Assembly (NCBI GenBank): GCA_951406725.2
Contig: OX597815.1
Span: forward strand, 67,580,001 to 67,644,000
DNA length: 64,000 bases
Source of the DNA: Octopus vulgaris
Lineage: Eukaryota
Direction: 5' to 3'
In this document: positions 14,867 through 26,625 of the stretch, in pieces
Numbering within the stretch: position 1 is the stretch's first letter
Layout of the letters: each line of letters opens with the position of its first letter
Notes under the pieces: model-generated
Told to the model about the DNA's origin: nothing
What the model saw: only the letters and a program-made list of their open reading frames with translations
Databases searched by the model: none
Translations under genes and position numbers: made by a program

Positions 14867-15433
14867 GTGTTTGTGTGTGGGTTGATGCGCGTGTGTGAGT
14901 GTATTTGTCTGTGTGTGTGTACGTGTATCTCTATCCATGAATGTAATTGATTGCCAGCGCCTGTCTCTCTGCATCTTCGTATATGCGTTTATGTGTGTTT
15001 GTGTTTGTATGAGTGTGTGTTCCTATGTGTATACGTGTGTGTGTGCATGCGTATGTGTGCGTGAGTATCTGTATAAAAGTGGAGATTAGAGTATCAAAAT
15101 CACCAGATCATGAACCGAGATTATATATCTCGATCGAAATGGTGTGCGTTCTGTAGTATGGAATTGTGAAACGATCATCTATGATAGACAAGACTCTTGT
15201 TTAGCGATCAATAAGTAGCTGAGACATGGCTCAATGTTGCATAGCCAGAGCTTCGAAAGACGCGAACCGAGACTCGAACAGTCTCACACCGAACACACAC
15301 ACGCACAACTCACTCGCACCCTTACATACATACACATATGCACTCACACGCATACACACACACTTATATGTATATATATATAGATAGATAGATAAATAAA
15401 TTGATAGATAGATAGAGGGATAAATAGATAGAC

Positions 15434-15467
<34 letters not shown>

Positions 15468-15468
15468 G

Positions 15469-15534
<66 letters not shown>

Positions 15535-15704
15535 CACGCACATTATTGGCTAAAAGTCATCCACATAATAAATTCAATATCTTCAAGAATAGGCAAAGAT
15601 ATACTTGAATTTCCTACAATTGAATAAAATAAATAAAATAATGGTGAATACTCACATACTCGTACATAATGAACAAAATGAATAATAATAATAATAATAA
15701 TAAT

Positions 15705-16556
15705 ACCCATCAATGGCTAATAGCTTCTGGCTTAAAATCAGAAACAGAAGGATTTATCATAGCTGCCCAAGATCAATGCTTACTTACAAGAAACTACCAG
15801 ACCAACATATTAAAGAACGGTAGCTTCCCAACATGTCGTGTATGTCAACAACAAAATGAAACCATTGATCATGTTGTCTCCATGTTCAGTCTTCTTGCGC
15901 CTACAGAGTATCTCAACAGGAATATAGAGCTGCACAATATATTTGCAAAAATCTGAACCTGCCCTATGATAAAAGCTGGTGGGAACACAAACCACCCCCA
16001 GTACTTGAAAAGGATCACATCTCACTCCTCTAGAACTTCACAATTCAAGCTGACAGAAAGATAGATGCAAATAGGCCAGACATTATATTGAAAGACTTTT
16101 GACAAAAATCATGCCTCCTCATTGATATAACTGTCCCAATCGATATAAACGTATCTGTCAAGACCAACCAAAAACTAAGCAAGTATAAAGATCTTGAAAT
16201 AGAAATTAGCAAAATGTGGAACTTGAAGACTAAAACAATACCTGTTGTCATAGATGCCGTAGGAATGATAGCAAAAAGGGCTGATTGCTACCTAGCTCAG
16301 ATACCAGGAAACCCCACAATGGCAGAAATTCAAAAGATAGTGGTCATCCTACGTGAAATACTGACTAAGTAATCTAAAATTTTAAAACAAACTCATAATT
16401 TTCTTATGGTTTTTTAAACATTCTCTAGAACAACAATATGTACAAAACCAAATATATCACACGAACTTCTAACTTGTCGTCTCTTGAGTGACAAGTCTCT
16501 GGGTGAGACTTGGAGCCAACTTGTACAAATGCAGAGCAAAAAATGAAACATAAAAT
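15705..16556 (+). mobile_element. 5'-truncated R4/Dong-like non-LTR retrotransposon (zinc knuckle + restriction-like endonuclease), pseudogenised
   Basis: QWLIASGLKSETEGFIIAAQDQ, CRVC...[26 protein letters not shown], with stops and frameshifts; flanked on both sides by (AAT)n. Confidence 0.85.
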
Positions 16557-16740
<184 letters not shown>

Positions 16741-17061
16741 TAATATAAATAAAATGGCAAATGTCTTGGTGCGTGACTTTTGGTCCAACTTTAGCTTTCT
16801 TGTTTTTCTCCTTTTACACATGCGTTAGCTTTTCCGAGAAGCTTAATGCTCTGGCACTTACCGGGATCAAGTGGTCTCAATGTTAAAAAGCACGAATCTT
16901 CTGGGATATTTCAGACATTGACTGAAGAGGAAATCAGCTGCTAATGTTCCTTATATCATGTTATGTTTTCGTCTAGTTTGCTGTATGCTGTGTTTTTTGT
17001 TGGTTCTCCGCTTTTTGTGTTTTCGTCCTATTTTTCTCTTTGTTGTGTTCTACTCAACTCT

Positions 17062-17123
<62 letters not shown>

Positions 17124-17235
17124 ATTCACGATTTCCACTCATTTACTCATTCATCTATGATAAGTAAATGAGTGACAATCGAACTGGCGAGTGTGTTAAG
17201 TAATAAGGTACTAAAAGACAGTATATATATATATG

Positions 17236-17283
<48 letters not shown>

Positions 17284-17350
17284 CATACACATATATATAT
17301 ATAGGTGGATAGATAGATAGATAGATAGATTGATAGATAGATAGATAGAT

Positions 17351-17440
<90 letters not shown>

Positions 17441-17796
17441 CAGATAGATAGAATGACAGAAGGTATAAAGTAAAACGAAATAATTGCTGTAAAACAATCA
17501 CTAGAAGCTTAGATATGTTTTAACAGCTTCGTAAACTGCTTACGCATACGCTTTCTCATGTTTACAAAGCTGCGTAAATACTATGTATGTGTTAGTATTG
17601 TTGAAGCTGCAAAAATCCTCTAAGTCAACCGCTAATAGTCACATGAGAGACGAAACAACTAACACACACACATACACACACGCGTGTGTATGTGTGTGTG
17701 TAAATATCAATTTATATGCATGTATATATAGAGAGGCATATATATATATATATATATATATAGCGATGGATACATACATACATATATATATATATA

Positions 17797-18205
17797 GGCG
17801 CGGGAGTGGCTGTGTGGTAAGTAGCTTGCTTACCAACCACATGGTTCCGGGTTCAGTCCCACTGCGTGGCACCTTGGGCAAGTGTCTTCTACTATAGCCT
17901 TGGGCCGACCAAAGCCTTCTGAGTGAATTTGGTAGACGGAAACTGAAAGAAGCCCGTCGTATATATGTGTATATATATATATATGTGCGTGTGTGTTTGT
18001 GTGTCTGTGTTTGTCCCCCTAGTATTGCTTGACAACCGATGCTGGTGTGTTTATGTCCCCGTCACTTAGCGGTTCGGCAAAAGAGACCGATAGAATAAGT
18101 ACTGGGCTTACAAAGAATAAGTCCCGGGTCGAGTTGCTCGATTAAAGGTGGTGCTCCAGCATGGCCGCAGTCAAATGACTGAAACAAGTAAAAGAGTAAA
18201 AGAGT
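17797..18205 (+). mobile_element. Family B SINE, full-length reference copy
   Basis: tRNA-like head ggcgcgggagtggctgtgtggtaag...ggttcagtccc, internal (TA)/(GT) tract, and tail aagtaaaagagtaaaagag. Confidence 0.92.
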
Positions 18206-18282
18206 ATATATATATATATTTGTGTGCATGCATGCATGTATGTATGTATGTATGTATGTATGTATGTATGTATGTATGTATG

Positions 18283-18353
<71 letters not shown>

Positions 18354-18382
18354 GTATATGCATATATATAAAACGTTACCTT

Positions 18383-18643
18383 TATGCAAAAGTGTCGTAA
18401 GTTAAAACTTCTTCCGAAAAGGAAAAAAAAATTTCACCATTTCGTTTCTTTTTAAACTGTCGTATGAAGGGTTTACTACATATTTGAAAAATGCTAAGCC
18501 GTCGTACTTCACTTTGACAATTTTCATCTGAAGCAGCTGGAGATACGGTAGTTTGACCAAAAGAACCGGCTAGTGCAAGCAAAATTAAATATTGAAAGTA
18601 AAAATGAATTTGGCCAAATTTGGACATACGACAGTTTAACATA
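18383..18643. mobile_element. Putative MITE with about 28-bp imperfect TIRs
   Basis: Left end tatgcaaaagtgtcgtaagttaaaactt versus right-end reverse complement tatgttaaactgtcgtatgtccaaattt; the tgtcgta motif recurs internally. Confidence 0.5.
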
Positions 18644-18955
18644 ATAGCAACGAAGTATATGTATACATATACATGTGCGTCTATATATATATGTATATAT
18701 GTGTGTGTGTTTATACATATGCACATATGTTTAAAGGTGAGGTCTCCTCAATTCAGTGGTGTTTCAGCAAACCAGACCCCCCCCCCCGAAATTTCTGAGT
18801 GCCCATGCTACTGATAGATATTCATTGAACTTACACTGAGTTAATCTGTCCTTTTGATAGGTTTTGCTTTTAGTCCTACTTGGTTTCTAGTAACATTCCC
18901 CACCAGAGAATGTGGCTCGTGCTGGTACTAGATATCTGGTACATACATACATACA

Positions 18956-18988
<33 letters not shown>

Positions 18989-18995
18989 GTGTATG

Positions 18996-19056
<61 letters not shown>

Positions 19057-19151
19057 ATTTCGGGATGGTCATTTGTTTGCCAAATAAACACACGCACTAT
19101 ATATTTGTTCTTCACACGTTTATTACTGTTCTTATTCTAACCGATGTCCAT

Positions 19152-19196
19152 TGTCCAGAAATCCTTCGTCACACACCGGTGACCTCTTCAGTGACA
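19152..19196 (-). ncRNA. Hammerhead-like motif in the left arm (probably degenerate, GAAG for GAAA)
   Basis: Minus strand reads TGTCA CTGAAGA G GTCAC cggtgt GTGAC GAAG GATTTC TGGACA. Confidence 0.4.
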
Positions 19197-19282
19197 CCTT
19201 TCGTCTTCGTGTGTCCTCTTGATCCACTTATTTCATTCTCTAATGAAATAAGTGGAGCAAGAGCACACGCGAAGACGAAAAG

Positions 19283-19327
19283 TGTCGCTGAAGAGGTCAC
19301 AGATATTTGACGAAAGATTTCCGGACA
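19283..19327 (+). ncRNA. Hammerhead-like motif in the right arm
   Basis: TGTCG CTGAAGA G GTCA cagatatt TGAC GAAA GATTTC CGGACA; the CUGANGA and GAAA boxes are intact around a stem II. Confidence 0.5.
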
Positions 19328-19496
19328 ATGGACAACAGTTAGAATAAGAACACTACTAAACGAGTGAAGAACAAATATATAGTGCGTGTGTTTATTTGAC
19401 AAAAAAAACCCAGCAAATTAACCATCCCGAAATACAACAATACTTCTTTCAACACACGATTTCCCATCAGGAGCCTTGCAACACTAATTCATAAAC

Positions 19497-19581
<85 letters not shown>

Positions 19582-19626
19582 CATATATATATATACATAT
19601 ATATACATATATATATATACATATAT

Positions 19627-19744
19627 ATACATGACTCGTAGACGATAACAACACGAATTATATAATGGCGTTACACGTAGGAGTAGTAAACGAGATTTAC
19701 GTTATTGTCAATCAATATCTTCAAACATTGAAACAAACGTATAT
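19627..19744 (+). repeat. Exact 118-bp copy of 21095-21212 embedded in a (TA)/(TACA) tract
   Basis: atacatgactcgtagacg...gaaacaaacgtatat is identical at both sites. Confidence 0.95.
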
Positions 19745-19756
19745 ATATATATATGC

Positions 19757-20131
19757 ATGGTACTCAGGCGGTTACGACGATGAGGGTTCCAGTTTATACG
19801 ATTAACGGAATTGCCTGCCCATGAAATTAACGTGCAAGTGGCTGAGCACTCTACAGATGCGTGTACCCTTAATGTAGTTCTCAGTGAGATTCAGCGTGAC
19901 ATAGAGTGACAAGGCTGGCCCTTTGAAATACAGGTACAACAGACACGGGAAGAAAAAGTGAGAGAAAGTTGTGGTGAAGGAGTACAGCAGGGTTCGCCAC
20001 CACCCCCTGCCGGAGCCTCGTGGAGCTTTAGGTGTTTTCTCTTAATAAACTCTCACAACGGCCAGTCTGGGAATCGACACCGCGATCCTATGACCGCGAG
20101 TACGCTGATCTAATCACTGGGCTATTGCACC
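19757..20131 (-). mobile_element. tRNA-headed SINE, family C
   Basis: Minus-strand head ggtgcaatagcccagtgattag...ggtgtcgattccc; tail homologous to about 57100-57250. Confidence 0.75.
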
Positions 20132-20202
20132 TCCACACACACACACACACATACACACACATATATATATATACACATGTACATTTGTATTTTTATATAT
20201 AT

Positions 20203-20304
20203 AAGATGGTGACAAAAAGCGAGAGTGAGGAAGGAAGGCAGTACGGCAATTTGCACGAGGACGTCCTCGTCCTCTTCACCATGATTGGCAGTTGACAGCA
20301 GGAA
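20203..20304 (+). repeat. About 102-bp copy of the Tx1-like ORF1 start (21796-21897)
   Basis: Both encode KMVTKSESEEGRQYGNLHED; 4 substitutions. Confidence 0.9.
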
Positions 20305-20433
20305 GAAAAGAAAGAAAGTAAGGTATATATAAGTATGTACAACACTCGCACGCACACACATACATATAGATAAATAGCTACAAGGATACATACTTAGATG
20401 GGCAGAGAGATTCATTAATAGATAAATGGATAA

Positions 20434-20496
<63 letters not shown>

Positions 20497-21558
20497 TATA
20501 CGTAAACATACATACATATACTTATATATACAAATCCATACCTAAAAGGAAACACGTTATGATTATGTAATTCCCTTGTTTTCTCTATAGATATGTTATT
20601 ACTGAATTTTCTGGAGATTTTCTTAATTTTTTTCAGGGAATTTTAGTTTACGTTTTGATAAAATTGTTTTTTATCTATCCAAAGTTGTGTACAGAAGTCA
20701 CTCAGTGGTTTTTAAAAATGGTTTTAGACAAAATTTAGACATTACTCAGCCTTTGCTAATTTAGTTATTAACAGAAACAAACTTATTTTTCTTTCTTTCA
20801 AACATGTCAAATGTTTGACAGTAATTTATTTTGTAATATTTAATTTAGTTTCACAAAATATGCATTCCCCCACCACCACCACCACCACCACCACCACTGG
20901 AAAACGCAAAAAATAAAATGTGAAGAAAAATAAAATAGAAGACAAAATGTTAAAGGAAAAAGAAAAAAACGGCACAATTTGTCTTGGGAATGTAATGTCA
21001 GTGGGGAGAAATGCCACATTTATTATAAATTCCATAAATAACAGTTAAATTAATTAAAGAAATAATAATATTCTAAGTCACTAATTAAGTGACAATACAT
21101 GACTCGTAGACGATAACAACACGAATTATATAATGGCGTTACACGTAGGAGTAGTAAACGAGATTTACGTTATTGTCAATCAATATCTTCAAACATTGAA
21201 ACAAACGTATATTAATCCCTCTATATATTGAAGTTCTCTGTTTTCTTGTATAATTCTCATTAACTCATAAACGTACATTTTTTTTGCTTATTGTTAAAAT
21301 AAAGATGTTACATATGACTTTTTAATATGAGCATAAAAAACAATTTTAAATGATATAAATGAGTTTTAAAAAAAATCTTTGCGTTGTTTTTTAAACGAAT
21401 ATTTTGTTAAATATTAAAAGATGTTTTAATTTAATAATGAACAAATGTAGTTTCATCCTTTGTGTACGTAAATGTCTTCATTTACATACACCTCCTCCTC
21501 ATCATCATCGTAATTCTCCTCTTCCTCCTCCTCCTCCTCCTCCTCCTCCATATTATTA

Positions 21559-21610
<52 letters not shown>

Positions 21611-21611
<1 letters not shown>

Positions 21612-24600
21612 GTCGCCATAGCTGGAGGTGTGTTTTTGGAGTGCTGTAAGGTTATAACTAATTCACTTGTTTAAAAGTTCTATACTGTATTTTGTTGTTT
21701 AAATCATTTTACAAGCCAGGGGACTGACGTTTGTGACACAAACGTTTTTGTTTTCAAATTTCTTCGAAAGTTTGCTTTGAAGAAAGTAAACATTGAAGAT
21801 GGTGACGAAAAGCGAGAGTGAGGAAGGAAGGCAGTACGGCAATTTGCACGAGGACTTCCTCGTCCTCTCCACCATGATTGGCAGTAGACAGCAGGAAAGT
21901 AAGAATGAAAAAGAAGAAGAAGAAGAAGAAGAAGAAGAAGAAGAAGAAGAAGAAGAAGAAGAAGAAGAAGAAGAAGAAGAGAAAAAGAGTCAAGAAACGA
22001 AGAAAGAAGATGAAAAGCAGAAAGAAGGTGAGAGGAAGGAAGAAGTAATGTCTCCCACACTACATGGGAATTGTAGTAGCACGAAGAACAACATTGACAA
22101 CAGCCACCGCGAAGAGTCTAACAAAAATGGAGTTAGCGGCGGGAAAGAGACTTTTGCAAACATCACGGCAGCTAAGGAATTGGTTAACATCTCATTGGAG
22201 AACAAAATAGAAAAACTAAGCAAGGCAGCAAAATATATGAAAATGCATGGAAGGAGGGGAGAATTGACGCCTCCAAGCGACGTGCTTGAAGGAACAGCCA
22301 AACGGATAATGACCTACAGGTGTGTGAACACAAAGACAAAGAAACTCGAAATACTAAACATGACCAGGTGAAAAAGGCCTTGAAATACATATGTCAGGAT
22401 ATCCACCACATTGCGAGAGCGAAGCAGTACGGCAGAGTAGAGGTCCTTTTTAAGACCGAGGGGCAGGCGATACAGAGCTCGGTGACCAGGCGTCGCACCG
22501 AGGAAATCGTCCTCTTCCCAATGTACATGGGAAGAGGGGAGGTACGAATTACAGTACCAGGGCTCCCACCAGGGCTGGGTTTATGGTGGATACTCGCCTG
22601 CATTTGTACGGATGGGGGAGAAAATCTCCTGGATATTAAACCATCGAGGAGGGAGAATTGAGTTGGAACTACGTTGGAGGTTCTTCTCCATGCGAAGCCA
22701 AAGAAGTTTGAGAAAGTCGCAGACCTGATTTCCCTCTCGAATGGAGTAGAACTAAGGGTGAATGAGGAGGGTAGAAGGCCGAGGTGTCATGATTATAGTT
22801 TAACGGACCACATACGGTTTTTCTGCCCACAGAACCAGAACAGAAGGGCAGAAAGAAATGTCTAAACCCATGAATCGACAAAAACAACAAGAGAAAGGAA
22901 TGGGAATAGAAACAGAAAGTGGACCCAAGGAGACAATACAGGCAGGTGCTACAGTAAATGTCGCAGTGGAAGTAGCATCAGCAGCAGTGGCGGGTGCTAC
23001 AGTAGCAGGAGCAACAAAAACAACAGCAACTACAAGAGACCCAGAAGAAAACATACAAGACACGTACGCCTCCATGCATCCAAGTGATGATGAGGCAAAA
23101 GGCAAAAAACCCAAGAAAGTGACACAGAACAAAGGGGAGAAATCCAAGAAACGGTAAAAACACAGGCATACTGATGACAACACCAACACTACACAATCAC
23201 CAAAACCATCACAAGCACGCACAACAAAATCAAAAACAACTAACTTTGTAAAGAAAAATGTCACTACAACAGCAACAACCATTCGCGCAGAAGCAGAATT
23301 TCGTGCTAGTGAGGAGGATCAATGAAAAGCTGATGGCTCTCATAGCACAAAACGAGAACATTGAAATAGAGGGGATGATCTGCAGCCCCAACACTTTTAG
23401 AATACCGGAGAGCCTAATGACATTAAAGATTTATACGAGCATTAAGCGGAACTACCCGTGTGACATTGGATCTTCCAGTGTAACGGCCAACTTTTAAGGG
23501 GGTTTCTAGAGGAACCCAACAAAACAGACAGAGTGAGAGAACCGCTCGACCACAAACAGCACCAGTGGGATGACACTCCTTTTTTCCTTTCCTTACTTGT
23601 TGGCCAGTAAGTAGGTTGTATAAATGTACGTAGCTTGAGGTCGTCGTGGAAACATGGACGCTTGCGCAACGATCTCAGATGGCTAAGTCTGGACGTAATA
23701 GCTGTCAGTGAGACAAGGATTGCGGACACATGTGCCTTGGCACCCATTTTCGATGACTTTGAGCTTTTCGCAACTCTTAGTCGACCGGGAATGGGGGAGG
23801 AGTATCTGTGTTGTTCAGTAAAGGCCTAGATCTCGAGATACCGTCGGTCTTCCTGGACCCGGAAGGTAAGTCGGTGGTCCTGGTCGTGAACGATAATGGA
23901 AGTAGTGCTTTTAGAATGGTCACAGTGTACGCACCAACTGGAGCAGGGCAGCCGGAGTTCTTCAGACGTCTGGATGCCTTTCTAGGGACGTCTCGCTCTT
24001 TAGTGTTAATGGGTGATTGGAACGCCATTTTGGATGCCCGTGTAGATTGGGTGGGGCTAATGGATAGGTAAGTGGGGAGCGCAAGTTTCGCAAACCTACT
24101 CAGTTGTTTCCAGCTGGCAGACTGGTTTAGACTGGATTTCCCGAGTACCCCAGCGTGGACACGGGCAAACAGTATCGGGTCATCCAAATCTTCTCTAGAT
24201 AGGGTTATTTTGTAGGCCAGCAGATAGAAATAGCATAGGTTATCCACAATTTGAATTCATCAACTACACAGACCACAAATTTGTGATCTATACGGTTGCC
24301 CTAGGTACGTTCCATAGGCAGGGTCCTGGATACCGGAAGTTGAATGCGTCTTTCTCGGCGCGTCAAACTTTCAGAGACCGGCTTAGCAAGTTAGTCCATC
24401 GAAAGTTGAAGGGTGCAGTCGTGAATAACCGAGGGAGTGGGGCTAAAACGGGCGATTGGAGTAGAAGCTGTAGAATTTAGCAGAGAACTAGCGATATAAA
24501 AACAAGAGTAGAGACAGATCTAGTTAGGAAGTTAGAAGAGGCATTCGGCAGAGACATAGTGATTGACGTGCTAGCAGCAAGATTGGTTCTGAACCAATTC

Positions 24601-24647
24601 TTCAACACCAAGCATGAATGTTGCATTGTCAGAGCTAGGGCATGTTA
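21611..24647 (+). mobile_element. Tx1/L1-clade LINE, 5' portion only (ORF1 + APE endonuclease), degenerate
   Basis: ORF1 fragments at 21793-23500 include a decayed CCHC knuckle RCHDYSLTDHIRFFC (about 22780-22826). ORF2 from about 23600 has GCINVRSL, DVIAVSETR, DPEGK, VYAP, LVLMGDWNA, LDR, YTDHKFV and GPGYRKLNAS. No RT domain. The 5' boundary is approximate. Confidence 0.85.
23600..24647 (+). pseudogene. LINE ORF2 apurinic-like endonuclease domain, frameshifted
   Basis: ORFs 23635+, 23808+ and 24283+ are consecutive APE pieces in different frames. Confidence 0.85.
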
Positions 24648-24944
24648 GCCAGCGATTGGTCGAGAAAGGTCACGCGGTATTGATGTCGGTAAATTAGCGA
24701 CAGCAGTTAGATGGAGAATACCGCCTGGTGAACAGGAAATCGATCGCCTGGTGAATAGGAAATTGACCGCGCGGGGGACAAGATATCGCTCGTGTCGTTG
24801 GGGGAAGTGGGAAGGAGCAGTGGATGTGTATATGTATATAGGTGTGTATATCTATATATGTAGATGTATGTGCCCTTATATCTGCGTTTATGATTCAGTA
24901 CTTATACGAATGTGTATGTGTGCTTAGATGTACATTCACACATC

Positions 24945-25250
24945 AGCGTACGCGCACACATACACGCACAAACACACGAAGGTACATACTCACACATGCG
25001 AGCGCTGACGTATGTACACGCACACACATACACACACAGACACACACACCCAGGCGTGCACACATTCATCTCCATGTACATATGTACACGAGCACACGCA
25101 CACGCAATGGTGCACACGTATATGGGCGCGCACGCGAGCACAAATACGCCCGTACTCGCACATACGTGCGCATGCATACGATGAGCAGACGCACATGCAC
25201 ACCCATACACACATGCGCACGCGTACATATACTCGTATGATCATGCACAA
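24945..25250. repeat. Degenerate alternating purine/pyrimidine tract (CA/CG/TA mix)
   Basis: About 300 bp of mostly RY alternation without a fixed unit; CpG-rich. Confidence 0.8.
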
Positions 25251-25779
25251 GGGGTGATGTACGAAGGGTGATAGTATGCGAGTAGACAGGCATGGAGAAG
25301 TGTTGGGGGATTGTAATTTGCGGTGCTGTTCATGGGGGTTAATTTGTAACGGTGATCTTGCTGCAGGCCGTGCTAGTGATGGCTGGTACTAAAGAGGTAT
25401 ATCCGAGTTGTCGGCGGCCAATGGCTTGAAGTTTACCAGAAGGGTGTACCTCTGGAGACAGCAATACGATACCTCATATCTCTAGTTTGATGGATACTGC
25501 TGGTTGGTAGATGCTATACAGCTTTTCGAGGTGCCGTGTGAACTTGGGACTGGCCAGATTAGAGCAATCTCAAGTATAATCAACCGAAATTGCGAAGATA
25601 ATCTGGTACTTGACTGAGGAAAGAAAACATCGAATGATCCGTCCTTGATTTCTTTGTATCGTCTATCTATGTATGTATATTTAGAGATATAGATATATAC
25701 ATACACGCACACACATATACATACATACATACATACATACATACATACATACATACATACATACATACATACATACCTA

Positions 25780-25827
<48 letters not shown>

Positions 25828-25831
<4 letters not shown>

Positions 25832-26022
25832 TAATCCAAACAAGAAAGCACAAAAAACACAACAACGCGAGGACGTAGAACAAATATAGTATTATTGGAC
25901 GCTCTGGAAAGAAGGAAAGGAGGGCTTAACGTTTCGAGCGGAGCTCTTCGTTGGAAACATAGGAGAAGGAAAGATCCACAGAAGGGAAGACAGAGGGGAA
26001 AAAATCGCCAACGGTACACGAG

Positions 26023-26025
<3 letters not shown>
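25828..26025 (-). mobile_element. Short repeat between (TA)n tracts with a decayed hammerhead motif (PLE pLTR-like)
   Basis: Minus 25927-25957: TTT CCAACGA A GAGC tcc GCTC GAAACG TTA; same layout as 50320-50487. Confidence 0.5.
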
Positions 26026-26079
<54 letters not shown>

Positions 26080-26089
26080 GTACGTACAT

Positions 26090-26240
26090 GCCGAGCTTCT
26101 ACACAGTTTCTGTCTACCGAATTCGCTCATAAGGCATTAATCGGTTCCTGTAGTAAAGACACTCGCTAAAAGTGCCACGCTGTGGGACTGAACCAAAAAT
26201 CACATAGTTCCAAAACGAACCTCTTAAGCACATAGTCATG
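26090..26240 (-). mobile_element. Family B SINE head, diverged
   Basis: agtttctgtctaccgaattcgctcataaggc...gtgccacgctgtgggactgaacc. Confidence 0.75.
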
Positions 26241-26566
26241 CTTGTTTTCCTTTCTTCTTTTTTTGTTTTCCTAAAATACAAAACTTAATTAATATTGTAA
26301 TCTGAATTCTCACATGCCGAAAAAACCGGAAACTAACTCAATTTCGATGTCTATTTATAGGTCTGTAGATTTAATTATTTTCTTCCATATTGAAGAACGC
26401 TGCAATAGGTTTTCAATTTTCGTCGGACATATTTTCGAAATTTGTATTTAGGTAGGAAATACTTCAATGAAGCAACATTTATGACACATTTTAATAGTTT
26501 AAGCAGTATTGTTTGTTAGTCTGTATGTTTGTCTGTCTGTCTACCAATCTGTCTCAATACATTCAT

Positions 26567-26613
<47 letters not shown>

Positions 26614-26625
26614 AATACACTCATA

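Larger units (their letters stand above)
19049..19442. mobile_element. Fold-back element: about 190-bp inverted arms with a 4-nt loop (19238-19241), next to (TA)n
   Basis: ttgttgtatttcgggatgg...ccacttatttcatt | ctct | aatgaaataagtgg...ccatcccgaaatacaacaa. ORFs 18912+ and 19169- give near-identical peptides. Confidence 0.9.

Noticed and set aside
16915-16960. CTGAAGA-GGAA...TTCC stem
   Set aside because: No GAAA box or cleavage triplet follows.
17797-17870. tRNA gene-like sequence
   Set aside because: It is a SINE head continuing into a multi-copy body; I could not form a complete cloverleaf.
21793-22371. 192-aa acidic ORF as a host gene
   Set aside because: It is the N-terminal part of LINE ORF1, colinear with a zinc knuckle and an APE domain.
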